A stretch of DNA of 60,660 nucleotides, filler included, from Basidiobolus ranarum (taxonomy: Eukaryota): NCBI GenBank assembly GCA_040143965.1. It is 7 parts of 7 records of this genome, joined end to end, with 100 filler letters (N's around TTAATTAATTAA, not from the genome) between each part and the next. Parts side by side here need not be neighbours in the genome. Positions count along the whole stretch, not along the records: positions 34,779 to 43,355 come from JASJQH010000954.1; positions 43,456 to 52,016 come from JASJQH010000955.1; 5 more parts are not named here. The stretch is one strand, 5' to 3'. Under the pieces are notes generated by a model, which was given only the letters and a program-made list of their open reading frames with translations, was not told where the DNA came from and ran no database searches. Shown one piece after another: positions 37,150 through 50,891 of this stretch. The position numbers were made by a program, and so were the translations under genes. Positions within the stretch are counted from its first letter, which is position 1. The number at the start of each line of letters is the position of its first letter.

Positions 37150-40100
37150 AGTTGAGTTTAGGTAAATAGCAACTCATTATTTAGGAGTTAGTTTGTTTAT
37201 ATACAGATTTTTTAGCACTCAACTCTGCAAGTAAAAAATGTATTTTAACTGCTCTAGTTAATAGAAATATCAATTAGACTACATTTATTACTTTTCACAG
37301 TTTTCTCAAAACTCCTCCAAAATATCTCAAATTTTGATCCATGCTTAACAGGCATTTTTGTTATCATCTAAGCACATCTAATAGTCCTATTTCATAGTAA
37401 AGTATTAAAAAGACACATTTAATCCAACAAAACTTCAGTGTCTAATTCATAAATCCAAATGTTGTTCAAAACACTTCCAGGTCCCCTAATTATGTATATC
37501 AGGTTATGAGCCCCATGCTAACTGCTTAAGGAAAGTCTACCAGTATTATTAACAATGTTTTGCAGCCACAGAGAAGTTTGATGGTGAAGACTTTTACCTT
37601 CTGAAGTTCAAGATGCAAATGGTGCTAGAAGAAAAGGACCTTTAGTGCTCTGATACAGGAGAAGAAATAGAGCCTTAGCAACGACCAGAAGCTATCCTTG
37701 CCTTTCAGAAGAAGCAGAGGGAAGCACTCTCTACACTTTGTCTACATCTCAGTGACTTTCAAATGATGCACATACAATCAGCCAAAAACATCAAAAATGC
37801 TTGGGAAACACTTGAGGGACTATATGAGACTAAAAGTTGGGCTAATAGGTTATATCTTAGGTGAAGGTTATTCTCAATTCAGATAAATTCTGGTAATTCC
37901 ATACTTAATCATTTAAATTGGCCAAAGAATATGGCTGAGCAACTTTCATCCATTGAAGCACCTTAAACAAAGATGACTTGGTCACAACACTATTTGGGAG
38001 CATGCAAGACAAGCTTGGGAAACTCATATTGCCCTACAATTAAGATCAGTGCCATCAACAATGGAATATATTGGTGGTGGGCCTGTAAATGTTGATTTAA
38101 GGATGTCTAATACTCAGCAAAATAACGCAGAGCAGGCATTTTTAGGAGCTGTAAAGCATTCAACAGGCTTCAATAACATGCCCTTAATGGGAAACTGAAT
38201 ATCTGCAAGTATTGCAAGAAACCAGGCCATTCAATCAGAGATTACAGAAAATGGATGTTTGCCATAAAGCTAAAATTGAAACAAGCAAATTGGGTAAGCA
38301 CTGATAGGGATCATAGATTTGTGTCTACCCTATCAGCAGCCACTAAAGAAGTCACAAATTATGGTACATTGGTTCAGAGGCAACCCTACATATGTCAAGC
38401 AAGCAAGATTGGTTTTTGATCTTACCACCCATCCAAACAAGCAAAGTCTACTTTGGTGATAACTATGTACTGAACCCAGCTGGTAAGGGTGCAGGTGTGC
38501 TCAATTTAGAGCACAATTTAGCTACACCATCTGTAAAATTGGATGATGTATTCTATGTACCAAGCATAGCAAAGAATCTACTCTCAGTAGGCCAAGAAAC
38601 AATTCCAGGACTAAATTTTGTGTTCAACAAGGCTGGCTGCACTATCACAGATCAGAATAACATTAAAAGAGCTACTGGGATCAAAAGGCTGAACTATTAT
38701 GAGCTAGAAATCAACAAATTGCATACTGGGCATTCAAACTTTTCCAAAACTGGTGCAAGACTTTGCTAGTTTTTGTTCCAAGCATGAAATTAAGCAATAA
38801 ACTGCCCTATGTTATACTCCACCACAAAATGGAGTTGCAGGACATGCTAATAGGACCACAGTGGGGATGGCAAGATCAATGTCACATGATCAAAAGCTAG
38901 ATTACCAATACTGGGCTGAATCTGTTTTCACTGCAGTCTATATCAAAAACAGATACCCAACAAGACTATTACAAAACATTACTGCATTTGAAGCCCTATA
39001 TGTATCAAAACCAAATGTGGATGAAGTCAGGGTCTTTGGTTGACAGCATATTGTCTACCTCCAGCTAAAAAAAGCTCTAAATTGGAACCCAAATGCAGCA
39101 AATGCATATTTCTTGCTTACTGTGATGAATCCAAGGCCTACTGACTGTTTGATACCAAAAATCAGTAAGTAATTAAGTGCAGAGATGTTATTTTTATGAT
39201 GAAGTAAAATTTTCACCTTAAATCATAGTTTTTGATCTAGAAAACACAATCAGCACTATTCAGCAAGTGTTTGACCAAATTTCAGCTGTATCTGATCCCT
39301 ATTTAAACAAAATTACCATTCCAATTACATCTGAGCACAGTTCAGGACCCAGAAGCTCATCTAGAAGGGGACATAAGCCATGAAATGGGTGAAACACTTC
39401 CAATGCTGATGTATATGCTTATGCAGCATTCTGGGACAAGCCTAAGGCTCTAGATAAAGCTCTGGAGTGTTAAGAATCAAAATTATGGCAAAGAGCTTTG
39501 TATGATGAGATTTATTGACTTCAGGACAATAAAAAGGAACTAGCCAAAGGCTCTAGATCAAGCTCTGGAGCGTTAAGAATCAAAATCATGGCAAAGAGCT
39601 TTCTCTGATGAGGTTTATTGACTTCAGAACAATACAAAGGGCCAAGCCAAAAACTCTAGATCAGCATCTGGAGTGTTATGAATCAAAATTATTGCTAAAA
39701 GTATGGTCTGATGACATTTATCCACTCCAGTACAATAAAAGTTGTGCTTCAATTCCTGTACCATCAGGGAGAAAGCCAATCGGTTGCAAATAGGTCTACA
39801 AAGTCATAAACCAAGTTGATGTTACCACAGAAAGGTACCAAGCAAGATTAGTTGCAAAAGGTTATTGCCAGACACCAAAAGTTGATTTTAATGAAATATT
39901 TGCTTCTGTAGCCAAGTTAAGCTCCATGATATCAATCCTGCACTCTTAGCAATCCATAACATTGATTTACATCAAATTGATATAAAAACAGCCTTTCTGA
40001 ATTGAAATCTAGAAGAAGGATCTATATGGAGCATCCAAATGGACTTGTTAATCCAAAATACCCTGATATGGGCTGTAAACTGCAAACATCACTATATGGA

Positions 40101-41574
40101 CTCAAGCAAGCACCCAGGGCTTGGTACGACAAGACAGATACCTATTTGGAATCACTGAAATTCCAAAAATGTACAGCAGACCACAATTTTATGTCAAAAC
40201 AACTGGAAACAGGATTCTCATGTTGGTACAATATACAGATGACTTAATATTAGCCACAATTGATCTAGAAGCACTCAATAAGACAAAAAGCAGTTATCAC
40301 ACCAATTTCAGGTGACTGATATGGGTTAATTAAGATATTTTCTTGGTATCCAAATCAAGAGAGATAAACCCTAGCAGAGAATCATGCTGTATCAGTCTAG
40401 ATAGATCCTAGATATTCTAAAATGCTTCAACATTGAGAATAGCAAGCCTGTAGCAACACCAATGGGTCACACTTTGAAATTAGGCAAAGTTTCATATGAT
40501 GTGGCTCAAAGTGAACTAAATCAAGGCCAGGAGCTGCTTTATCAATCCCTGGAGGATAGTTTAATGTATAAAATGGTTGGAACATATCTAGACATTCCTG
40601 TGACAGCAGAAACTGTCAGCAAATAACTCAAAAATTTGGGATCTGAGCACAAAACTGCGGTAAATGAATATTCAGGTACTGGAGAAGAACTGTAGATCTA
40701 TTTCTGGAATACTCTGGCAATCCTGATGCACAAAATGTTGATGGCTACAGTGATGCAGACTGGGGAAGAAACCTTGATGATTAAAGTGCACTAACTGGGT
40801 ACACTTTTCTACATAGTAATGGAGCCATTGCCTAAAATAGTACAAAGCAACCAACAATAACACTTTCCACTACAGAAGCAGAGTATATGGTGGCCTCTGC
40901 TACTACACAAGATGGTAGGTGGTTAAGGAAGTTATGTACCTACCTATGATCACTGCAAAAATGTGCTATAATTGTATTTAGAGATAATCAAAGTTGTATT
41001 TCCTTAGCTAAAAACCCTACAGTTCATGCAAGAACAAAACATATAAGTATTAGGCATTATTTTGTTTGAAATACAATAGAGAATGATAAAATTGCACTTG
41101 TCTATTGCCCTACTGAAGAATGTTAACTGACATCTCAACTTAACCTTTGGCTGAAGCACAATCTGAATTATTAAGATACCAGTCAAGTTCAAGAGAAATA
41201 TCAAACAATTAGTTGAGTGGGAATGTTGAAATTAGATTAATAGCAACTCTTTATTTAGTAGTTATTTTATTCATATTTTGATTGTTTAATATTAAATTCT
41301 TCCATTCAAAAATTGGTGGTTATTGCTCTAATTCATAGTAATATCAATTAGATGACTTTTACTAATATTCACTATTTTCTCAAAACTTCTCCAAAACACC
41401 ACACATTTTCACCCATGCCTAACTGGCATGTCTTAATGATCTAAACATACCCAATAGTATAATTTTGTGGTAAGCTATAAATAGGACATATTCAAATCAA
41501 TAAAACTGTGTCTAATTGACAAATCCAAATCTTGTCCAAAACTCTTCCAAGTCCCCTGAGCACTGTTATCAACA
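37150..41574 (+). mobile_element. Nested family C copia element with both LTRs (about 37150-37501 and 41224-41574); pseudogenised gag-pol
   Basis: PBS GGTTATGAGCCC at 37502; gag EKFDGEDFYLLKFKMQ; CKYCKKPGH knuckle; [36 protein letters not shown]. Confidence 0.88.
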
Positions 41575-42377
41575 TTCTGGTATTTGCAAAGAACTCAAGA
41601 AGTAGTTCTAGAATACTATGACACTCCTGATGCACAAAATGTTAAAGGCTGAATTGATGCAGATTAGTGAAGAAACCTTAGTGATGGATGATCTACAAAT
41701 AGGTACACTTTTCTTTATGGTAATGGAGCCACAACTTGTCATAGAAGGAAGCAAGCAACAATTACATTCTCTACTACAGAAGCAGGGTATATGACTGCTT
41801 CTGCTACTACACCAGAAGCGGTGTGGTTAACAAAGTTATTTACACATCAAGATTACAGGCAAAACCATGCCATAGCTGTTTTAGAAGATAATCAAAATGG
41901 TGTTTCCTTAACTAAAAACCCTACATTTTGTCATAGAGCAATATATATATATATTAGGAACTGTTTTGTCTGAGAAGCAATGGAGAATGATACAGTTGAG
42001 CATATCAATGGCCCTACGGAAGAGGTGATTGCTGACATCTTAACCAAATCTTTAGATAAAGCACAATGTGATTTATTAAGATAAAAATAAGGTTTCAGGG
42101 AAACACAAAATATTTATTGTAGTGGGACTGTTTAAATTAGGCAAATAGATACTTATTATTTGGTGGTTAGCTTGTTTTATTCCAATTATTCAGCACTCAA
42201 TTCTGTCATTCAAAAATGTGTGTATGGCTATTGTTGATAGAAATTTTAACCAGATCACTTTTAACAATTTTTACTGTTTTCTGAAAATATTCTAAATCAT
42301 CTCCAATATCTACCCATGCTTTACAGGCATGTTTTTTATGATCAAAGTAAATCCAATAGCCCTGTTTCATAGTAAAC

Positions 42378-42561
42378 TGGACTTGTTCCACTGTGCCAGG
42401 TTTTATTGGAGTTTGAATCATTTTATTGGAATAAAAGTTATTGATATTGATTGTGCAAGTGGGTGCTGCATAGTGTCAAAGTGTGCCACATAAATTTTAG
42501 AGTACATTATCCAATATGATATATACAGCACAATCCGGCACTATCACAGGGAACAAGTCTA
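42378..42561. mobile_element. MITE-like insertion (184 bp) inside a family C LTR
   Basis: Terminal inverted repeats TGGACTTGTTCC / GGAACAAGTCTA; LTR sequence stops at TAGTAAAC and resumes with TATAAATAGGACATATTC. Confidence 0.7.
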
Positions 42562-42649
42562 TTATAAATAGGACATATTCAACTGCTTAGCACTTCTCAA
42601 ATCCAAATCAGACCTATGACACATCCAAAATGCCAAACACCTTTATCTA

Positions 42650-43355
42650 TAAGCTAGAGCCAGTACTTCCCATTAGGCACTTTGTACTTACTATTCAACA
42701 ACATTTCAATAATACCTACTCAGCTATATATTGGAAGCTTCAATCTGAATGAGCCATTGAAGATAGGATCAGAGATTGAATCAATTGGGAAAATGCTTGA
42801 AAACATCAAGATTTCAGCATATTTCACCAGGACTCCCATCAATATCCACTCATTTAGGCATTTATTCAAATGCAAAGACTGAAAGTATTTGATTGGTGTA
42901 TATTCAAGTGGAATTTTGAAAATATTTCTGACTGGTAAGTATTGAAACTGAGGAAGATGTTTGCGGATTACATCAGTATATTCTTACACCATCAACTCAC
43001 ATTAGCAGATCTCAGGGAAATACAGCAACTGTGCAAAGATTGTGTGCTTTGATATGAAAAACTTCATTACAACTTTAAAGAGGACAGACTTAATTTACGC
43101 CAGTTTTCAATACATTCCCTGTTGTTTCTTTCACAATGCTTAGAGAATATAGGTCCTTGCTATTCATCAGGGAGTTCCCAATTGAGTGCACCTGTGTTAA
43201 AATGTTGCTCTGTTTGAAATCATCAGAAATATCATATGCCAAGCTGATTGAAAACATAACAGCAAAATCAGTGAAGGATGTAATGCAATGGGTTAAAGAG
43301 ACTCCAGAGTATATTAACCTGCCAACAAAGGGCTCTTTTCAATGTGCTCATGGGT
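42650..43355 (+). mobile_element. CACTA/EnSpm-type (Transposase_21-like) transposase relic
   Basis: FPLGTLYLLFNNI segment, collinear with the copies at ~48300-48600 and ~53070-53420. Confidence 0.65.
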
Positions 43356-43455
43356 NNNNNNNNNNNNNNNNNNNNNNNNNNNNNNNNNNNNNNNNNNNNT
43401 TAATTAATTAANNNNNNNNNNNNNNNNNNNNNNNNNNNNNNNNNNNNNNNNNNNN

Positions 43456-43664
43456 ATTAGAGCAATAAACACACGTTTTTGAATAACAGAATTGAGAGCT
43501 AAATAATCAGAATATGAATAAACTAACTACTAAATAATGAGTTGCTATTTACCTAATTTCAACAATAAACACATGTCTTTGAATGGCAGAACTGAGAGCT
43601 AAATAATCAGAATATAAATAAACTAACTACTAAATAATGAGTTGCTATTTACCTAGTTTCAACA
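43456..43664 (-). repeat. Two abutting family C LTR 5' ends (probable LTR-into-LTR insertion)
   Basis: ~100-bp unit ending TTTCAACA at both 43564 and 43664. Confidence 0.8.
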
Positions 43665-44794
43665 CAATCTTCCTTGCCCTGCTGTCTCAGATCATGTCAC
43701 TTTGCTTAAAGACATCCATAAACAACTAATATCCAAGCTGAAGCATGCTCAATTCAACACAAGAACTTTCCCAATAAGAAAAGAAAGCATAGCCCTGATT
43801 TCCAGACAGGTGATTATGTTGGGCTAAAATGTAACAATATTAAGATCACTAGACCATGTGAAAAACTTGATCATTAAAGATTAGAGCCTTTTGAGATTAT
43901 TAGGCAAATCAAATCAGTGGCCTTTGGCCTTGAACTTGCAGACCATTTCAAAGTCCACTACATATTCCATGAGTCTCACCTAGAGCCACATCCAGAAATA
44001 CCTTTAGGGCCAATCTATTGACCCATTGCCAGCAATCCAAGTTGCAGAACACCCTGAATATGAAGTTAGCATAATTCTGGATTCCAGAATTTTTCAAGGT
44101 AAATTGCAATATTTAGTGGACTGGAAGAGATATTCAACAAATGAACAATCATGGGGGCCAGCAACAAATCTTTCCAATTCTAAGGAACTTTGCCAAGAGT
44201 TTCATGAAGCCTACCCAGAAAAATCTGGTCCTATGACGTCAGGAAGCCATCACTAAAGGAGGGGATAATGACATGATTCTGCTCTCAGCATACTCATCCA
44301 CTGCAAATAGAACTCTTCTATTATTATAATATGACATCATATCTGATAGGCCATCATTTCTTGGCAATCTTGTGTTAGTTCATCAAGGTTACCTTATATG
44401 GAAGTCATGTTCTTTGGAACATTGCATGAAACCTGATCAATCATTTCATCCCACACAAGGTGAATCTCCACAAGGTCACCTATTGATCCTTACATCATCC
44501 TTACATCATCCCTCTTTGCATTGGTCCTTTTAGTCCCCAACATTCCAACACTTGAACTTGCCACAGTATATTACCTATTCAGTATCTTATGTCTGACCCT
44601 GCAAAATCCATATAAGCTCCATGTATTTCTTGATCAGACAGAGGTCTGATCAGTGCCTGTAATCAATAAAGAATCTTGCCAAAGTATGTTCCCTGTTCAG
44701 TCTTGTCTTGTCTTGTAGTCTTCACCCAAGTGCTCTCCTGCCTTCTAGCCTCTTGTTATTGTTTCCAGTCTTTATCCAGTTCCTTATTGTGATA
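43665..44794 (+). mobile_element. Ty3/gypsy chromovirus 3' end: integrase GPY/F region, chromodomain, PPT, LTR (about 44269-44794)
   Basis: KLDH..LEPFEII..VH..FH.SHLEP; YEVSIILDSR..LQYLVDWKRYS..SW; AAAGGAGGGGATAA then TGACA. Confidence 0.88.
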
Positions 44795-45939
44795 CTTATC
44801 AAAATACTCTTGAAGCACTTGTACTATTTTTAGACATTCTTCAGTGTGACACTACTCAGTGTGCTTTGTAGTGTTTGAGCAGCTTTTGGCCTGCCTTTAA
44901 GTTTCAGGCCAATCTTTAAACTGTGTAATGTTGTGAAGAATTTGTTAAGTGGGACAGTAGTGCCTAAGCATGCTGGCTTGTTCGCTTTTTCCTATGGCTC
45001 ACTAAGCATGTGCATCTTTTGTACATCTGCAGCTGCTTTTCTTTCTTTTCAAAATCAATCATGGCCTACATTTTTGAAATGTTTCATGAATAGACCTGTA
45101 CTAGCCCAAATACATTCCATGCTGCATCTTTCATAATGCTTTCATAATTCAAGAACCCACAAAATAGTTGCACATGATTGGCTATAAAAAGATCAACTCA
45201 AGTGTGAATAATATAACCCATTTTGAATGTTACATTGGGGTTTATTGTCTTCATCATATTTGTTATCTTTCTCAGGATAAACCAAATTAACCCATATATC
45301 ACACTTATGATTGTTAGCATTGTATGTCAATCATTTGAAAATTAGTAAATCTATACTGTAAGTTCCAAACTCCTCCCAATTGCCCCAAAAAGGACTATCT
45401 TACTCCCACATATGATCTGGAAACAACCCCAGTGTTAGTTTTCTGTATTTCCACCACAATATACAAATGCTTTATTTCTGGATGCTGAACTACTATTTCA
45501 CAAGTTAATCACATCTCCACTGTTCCAAAGTTTCTCCAAGCAGCCCATATTTTGACAATATGTTTACCACTTGAATCCTAATTTGTCACCTACTATATTC
45601 CTAGTTTCTTGAATATATCCTCTTGAATACTATTGTAAAGTATTTAATACCCAAAGTTTAGCTCATATCTAAAACAAGTATATATCAGTAACTCCATCAT
45701 AGCCCACCATTGTCTAAATTTTGCTTGATCAACATCCTTCCATCTAGCTTGCAGATACTGAGCAACATTGAGCCACATGGGATTTTGCTCTTCCCAGATA
45801 TCTGCATAGTCAACACCAGACTGAATGTCTAGTTGAAAATTCTTCTTCTGAAGCCACTTGCTGCATATTTGTACTGAGGTTTTCCCTTCATATTGCTGGC
45901 ATATCCTTCAACCACTTTACAAATTTTGTATATTCTTGT

Positions 45940-46410
45940 AGTGTGACACTACTCATTGTGCTTTATGATGTTTGGGTGGCTTTTTGCTTGCCTTTAAGTT
46001 TCAGGCCAATCTTTACACTTTGAAAGGTACCAGCTGAGGATGGAGACCTGCAGATTCTATTTGCTGTTGTTTTAGCTTGTCAACAGGTGCCAGATATTGG
46101 ACAAACTCCCAATTGTAACACTCTTTCAACTGGTGTACTTGGTTACATGGTAAAATGAAGGCTTTTTGCAGGTACATCTGCAGGTTTATCTAACTCTTGA
46201 AATATGGATCTTTGTCATGTTGTGAAGATATTGGTCAGTGGGATGGTTGGGCCAACTATCACTAGTCCCTTTTCTTTTCCTTTTTGCTTACTAACTTTCT
46301 GCCTCTGGAGTACAGCTTCAGCTACTTTTCTCTCGTTTTTAAGTCAATAATTGTGCACATTTATGAGATATCTCATGAGTTAACCTAAACTAGCCCAATT
46401 GCCATTTGTA
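45940..46410. repeat. Unclassified decayed repeat, with copies at about 44843-44925 and 50265-50575
   Basis: Shared TGCCTTTAAGTTTCAGGCCAATCTTTA with 44890; shared AACACTCTT..AAGTCAATAATT..CATGAGTT..CTAGCCCAA with 50290-50570. Confidence 0.65.
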
Positions 46411-47539
46411 TGCCAATACCCAGGATGTGCCACATGAAATTAGTCAAGAAACATCTGCATAATGCTGGGACTTTGGTTTTCCACAATTGGATCAAATCAT
46501 GGTGATGTTGGGCAGATACAATACAGCTTTGAAAACGTTAAACCATTTATCAGCAGAGCAAGTGACAGCAGCTCTGACATTTAGAGTCTTTTGGTCTACT
46601 GGTTTTTGTATTATATTTCTACATTCATGTGCTAAGCAAATCAGTGTTATTATGTATGCTAAATAGTTCAACACTTATTCCGCTCTGTTAGACTTTCATA
46701 GTGATATTGATTTGTATGGTGTGGATTGATTAAATCTGGTGTGAGAATGGATGGAGGGACCACCATGCTGCTGTGGCTCAAGTACAACATTCTGAAGATC
46801 TTGCTGCATTGCTGAGTGACTCTCTAATGGATAACTAATTGCTTTGGAATGCAGCATTAGTGGCAATATTGCTACATTATAGTCTGTCATAATGTGTATA
46901 GCAACTTCATAGTCTTTATTTCTGCTCTCATGCAGCTCATTACTGTTTTCTATCAGAGATTTCCTTGTTGTAATGCTTCCTTCCAAATTGTCCAGGGAGG
47001 GATGTGCAATAGCTGTAGTAGGCATTTTCAAAGTTAATATTCTTGATGGCATTTCTATTAAACTTTGCCCAGTTGTAGTTTTAACATGTATTTGAGGGAC
47101 TTAAGTCTCTCATTTGCACAATTACTTTAAAAGAGTACCACTGGTAATTCAAGAAATGCATTGTTGCAACTTTAGTTAGTTCTTGGCTTGTCAAAGCCTT
47201 CAACAGTGGATACTGGATTCCTAGACCTCTCATCATTTCCGTCTTCCATTCTTGCCCAAATTTTTTCCTTCCTGCCAGATGGTTTTATTTAGAAGCCTTG
47301 TTTGCTCAGATTGTAGATATTTTGTTAACAGCATTGGAATATTCAGATGGTGAATGTGATGTAACAAAACAATTTGGTAATGCTGCCTCTGACAATAATA
47401 AGATTGAATTGATCCAAATTGGATCCATGTGTCTGGAGCACAATAGCATCAGAAGACCATCACAATATTGGTGGCTTGCATTCTGTCAGAGATTTTGCTG
47501 GTGGGACCACAGCTTCTTGATGGTAGTACTATGGTAATC

Positions 47540-49110
47540 ATGCAAGGTGACATATTGATCCTCATATTTGGCTTCCATTATCTAACTTCCAGCAAATATC
47601 TGAAAAAATCAATTTTTGAATGGCATATCACTGTATTTACTGTTATCAGAACTCAAATTAATATGCAGGCCTTTATTTTGGTATTTTAGGGTTTGTATTC
47701 CAGCCATAATGAGAGTCAAAAAAAATAGGAATCCATTACATTTAGTCTATACATATTACATAGCATACTTATCAGATAAAACTCAACAGCATCAACATTC
47801 CTTACTAGCAGGCAAGAGGTGCAAACATTGCTAAACATCTGAAATTTAGAGTTGAACTGACACTTAGCAAATAGCTGACTGTTGGTAAGACTTACAACAA
47901 GAACAAGTTCTTGGATTTTGCCAAATTTCCATAAAGAATTCCACCAAAACATCCCTAACTGGCTGTCAACAAATGTTCTGCCACCAGTAAATCTGTCATT
48001 GCTAGAATAGATTACCTCCTGATTCAAGCAATGAAACTATGTTTCTCAATCTCTCTCACCAAGGAGTCTGTCTTGATATATCCTAGAAATACTGTCAGAT
48101 TATCACAAGAATAAAATAGTCCAAATTAGAGTGGTACTTACTCTGTGTCCATTGATTGGGTTTTGTTATTGTTATTGTGATAAAATAAAAAATAAAGTTT
48201 GTCATATTTAACTACCAACTATTGGCACAGTTGCTATATCAGCATGAGATCTGCCAATGTAAGTTGCTGCCATAAAAATACATTGACAAACTTCACTATT
48301 AGTTCTTATATTGCCATTAGCTATGAGGCAGAGTTCTTTTTGAGACTTCACTTAAATATATACAAATCCAATGCTTCCAGTCTTTGCATTTAAATAAATG
48401 CCTAGATGAGTGGATATTGATGGGTATCATGGTACAATATGATGGTATCTTGATATTTCCAAGCATTTTATTCATCTATTGAAACTTTGATCCCATCTTG
48501 TATGGCTTGCTCAGATGGCAATTTTCCCTATACAGCTGAGTAAGCGGTATTTGAATGTAGTTGAATAGTAAGTGCATAGTGCTTGATGGAAAGCTCTGGC
48601 TCCAGCGGATATTCTTTGGCAATACACTCCTAGGCTTATGGTTAATCCCAAGTTTGACATTAGACTGACTATTTGGTGAATTGATATTGGTGAGCATGTT
48701 GAAATCCAACTGAGCTCTTGACAGTACACTCATGTAGGTGAATGGTGCTCTTGGGTAGTAGTAATGCATGTACCTGGTAGAGTAAACTCAATTGATCCAA
48801 CAGATTCGGCAGCAAGATAGTGCATTGTGCCTGCAAAAACCTCCAAGTTTACTGATGGTTGGAATATCACAATGAATACAAGAATATTAGCTTCAAAAAT
48901 ATATTCACCCATCTGCACCCCTTTAGATAACTTATTAAATTCCACAACTAGGTGCTCTCAGAGGCTATCAGTAAGCACCACAGAATTAGGTCCAGATATA
49001 AGGAAAGTTTCAAGCTATTATCACTCTTACACCATACAGATGGAGGAAAATTTTAGTGAAAAAAAATTATTGGACAGCAAGCCTTCCTAATGATATATTT
49101 GTTTAGTGGG
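47540..49110 (-). mobile_element. CACTA/EnSpm-type transposase relic (left boundary approximate)
   Basis: Minus strand DIPTISKLGGFCRHNALSCCRIC..HYYYP..SFPSSTMHLLFN resembles the GDxPA..K..G..GH...CR.C and D.MH..F.N motifs. Confidence 0.75.
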
Positions 49111-50575
49111 AAACCATTCAGAGCCAATGTTAATGAATCTTCATATGTATATTCAAAGTAACCTTGTAAAAAGAAAAAAAAACATTGACTTTCTAGATTC
49201 TGGTAGTGATAGCCAACAAGGATATTGGTAATAAAAACAGAAAAACACAAGCAATGAAACCATCATCTTCTTCTGATATACTGCCATCAGTACTGGAAAA
49301 GCTTTCTGGACTTACTAGTATGAACAAACTTGCACTTCTCCCTACATCATTTTGGCCATATAGCTGTGCTAACTCCATGTTATTTTGGTTTTAAGTAGTA
49401 ATACCAAAACTGAAACATGAAGCACAGCCAATGAACTCAGTGGGCAAAACTAAAATTACTTTTTTGCACATATTATTATTCATACTCCCAAGGCTTTGTG
49501 CAGTTAGTGGTTTTGTCTTCTCCGTGGATTATCTTTTCTATGAAAACTTTGGTTTACATAGCACAAGAATTTGTGACACAAGGCTTTGTTAATGTTAGTT
49601 TTGTGGCAAGAGAAGGATATTTTAGAAAAAAGAACCCTCACTACATTAAAGTAGTACTCTAAGTATATCCCATCATTATCATCAGCTGATTCTGTGATGG
49701 TGTCACAGCACAGTCAACAGATAACTTACATGATATTTCTGGTAATTGATGGCAATTTATTGTTGATGATAAGTTGTTTCTGAGCAATTGCATTGCACCC
49801 AGTTTGCCATCTAAATATTTTAATGCCATTAAAAGAGCATTCAAAACCAAAACCAAAATTGCCTTCCAAGCTAAAACCTGCTGGCAGGAAAGGAAAGAAA
49901 ACCAGCAAGAACAGGAGACTTAATTGATGAGCCACCTAGTGCACCACTATTTACTTTGGAAGGCATTAAGATGCTGGCAGCTAACTCATGTAATAATGAA
50001 GCATTATTCCATACATCAGATATATTCCTTTCCAGCAAATGGATAAGTGAAGAGATTATCATCCCCCAAAAGTAGAGTAATTCAAATGTTCAGCAAAGTT
50101 GCGCAGAAACACCATCAAGACTATCATATTCTAAAATGCCTATTGGGCCAACTGTTGAACATCTTTCTATAGACAATTTGGATAGAATCATTACAATAAG
50201 GAAACATTAGGAAGAATGATGTGTGAGTTTTATTTGCTGATACTTTATCTTGTTAGGAGGTGCCCAGTTGGGAAAAAGCACTAACTTCAACACTCTTCCA
50301 ACTTGTGTACTCTGTTTCATGGTAATATCAATCCTATTGCCAGTATATCTGCTGGAATATCTGACTCTGGAAATATCAATCTTTGTAATGGTGTCAAGTA
50401 TTTCTTAAGAGGGACAATAAAGCCTAAAATCACTGGCTCTTTTGCTTTTCTCTTGTCTTGCTAACTTTATGCTCCTTGAGTACATCTTTAGCTGCTTCAC
50501 TTTATTTTCCAAGTCAATAATTGAGTACACTTATAAGATCTTTCATGAGTTGACCAATGCTAGCCCAAATGCTGT

Positions 50576-50891
50576 TTCTGATACAAGTGTTCATGGATTT
50601 GGAGGTGTTTTGGAGAAGAATTGGATAAGTGACTTAGACACTTAAGCTTTATTGAATTGAATACTTTGTATTTATAGTTAACTTTAAAATTGGACTATTG
50701 GACATGCTTAGATCATGAAAAACATGCCTGCTAAGCATGGGTGAAAATTGGAGGTGATTTGGAGAAGTTTTGAGAAAAATGGTGAAAGTTGGTAAAAGTG
50801 ATAGAATTAATATTTCTATCAATTAGAGCAATGAACACACATTTTTCAACAACACAATTGAGTGCTAAATAATCAGAGTATGAATAAACTG
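50576..50891 (-). repeat. Family C LTR, partial
   Basis: AAGCATGGGTGAAAA..TCTATCAATTAGAGCAAT..TGAGTGCTAAATAATCAGA matches the other family C LTRs. Confidence 0.85.

Larger units (their letters stand above)
35562..42650 (+). mobile_element. Older family C copia element (integrase-RT 35562-37149; RNase H 41575-42128; 3' LTR from 42129), split by a nested insertion
   Basis: YTSQQNG..EHANRTIV integrase motif; the RT/RNase H junction resumes after 41574 (W/RYLQ..T; STTEAGYM). Confidence 0.75.
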
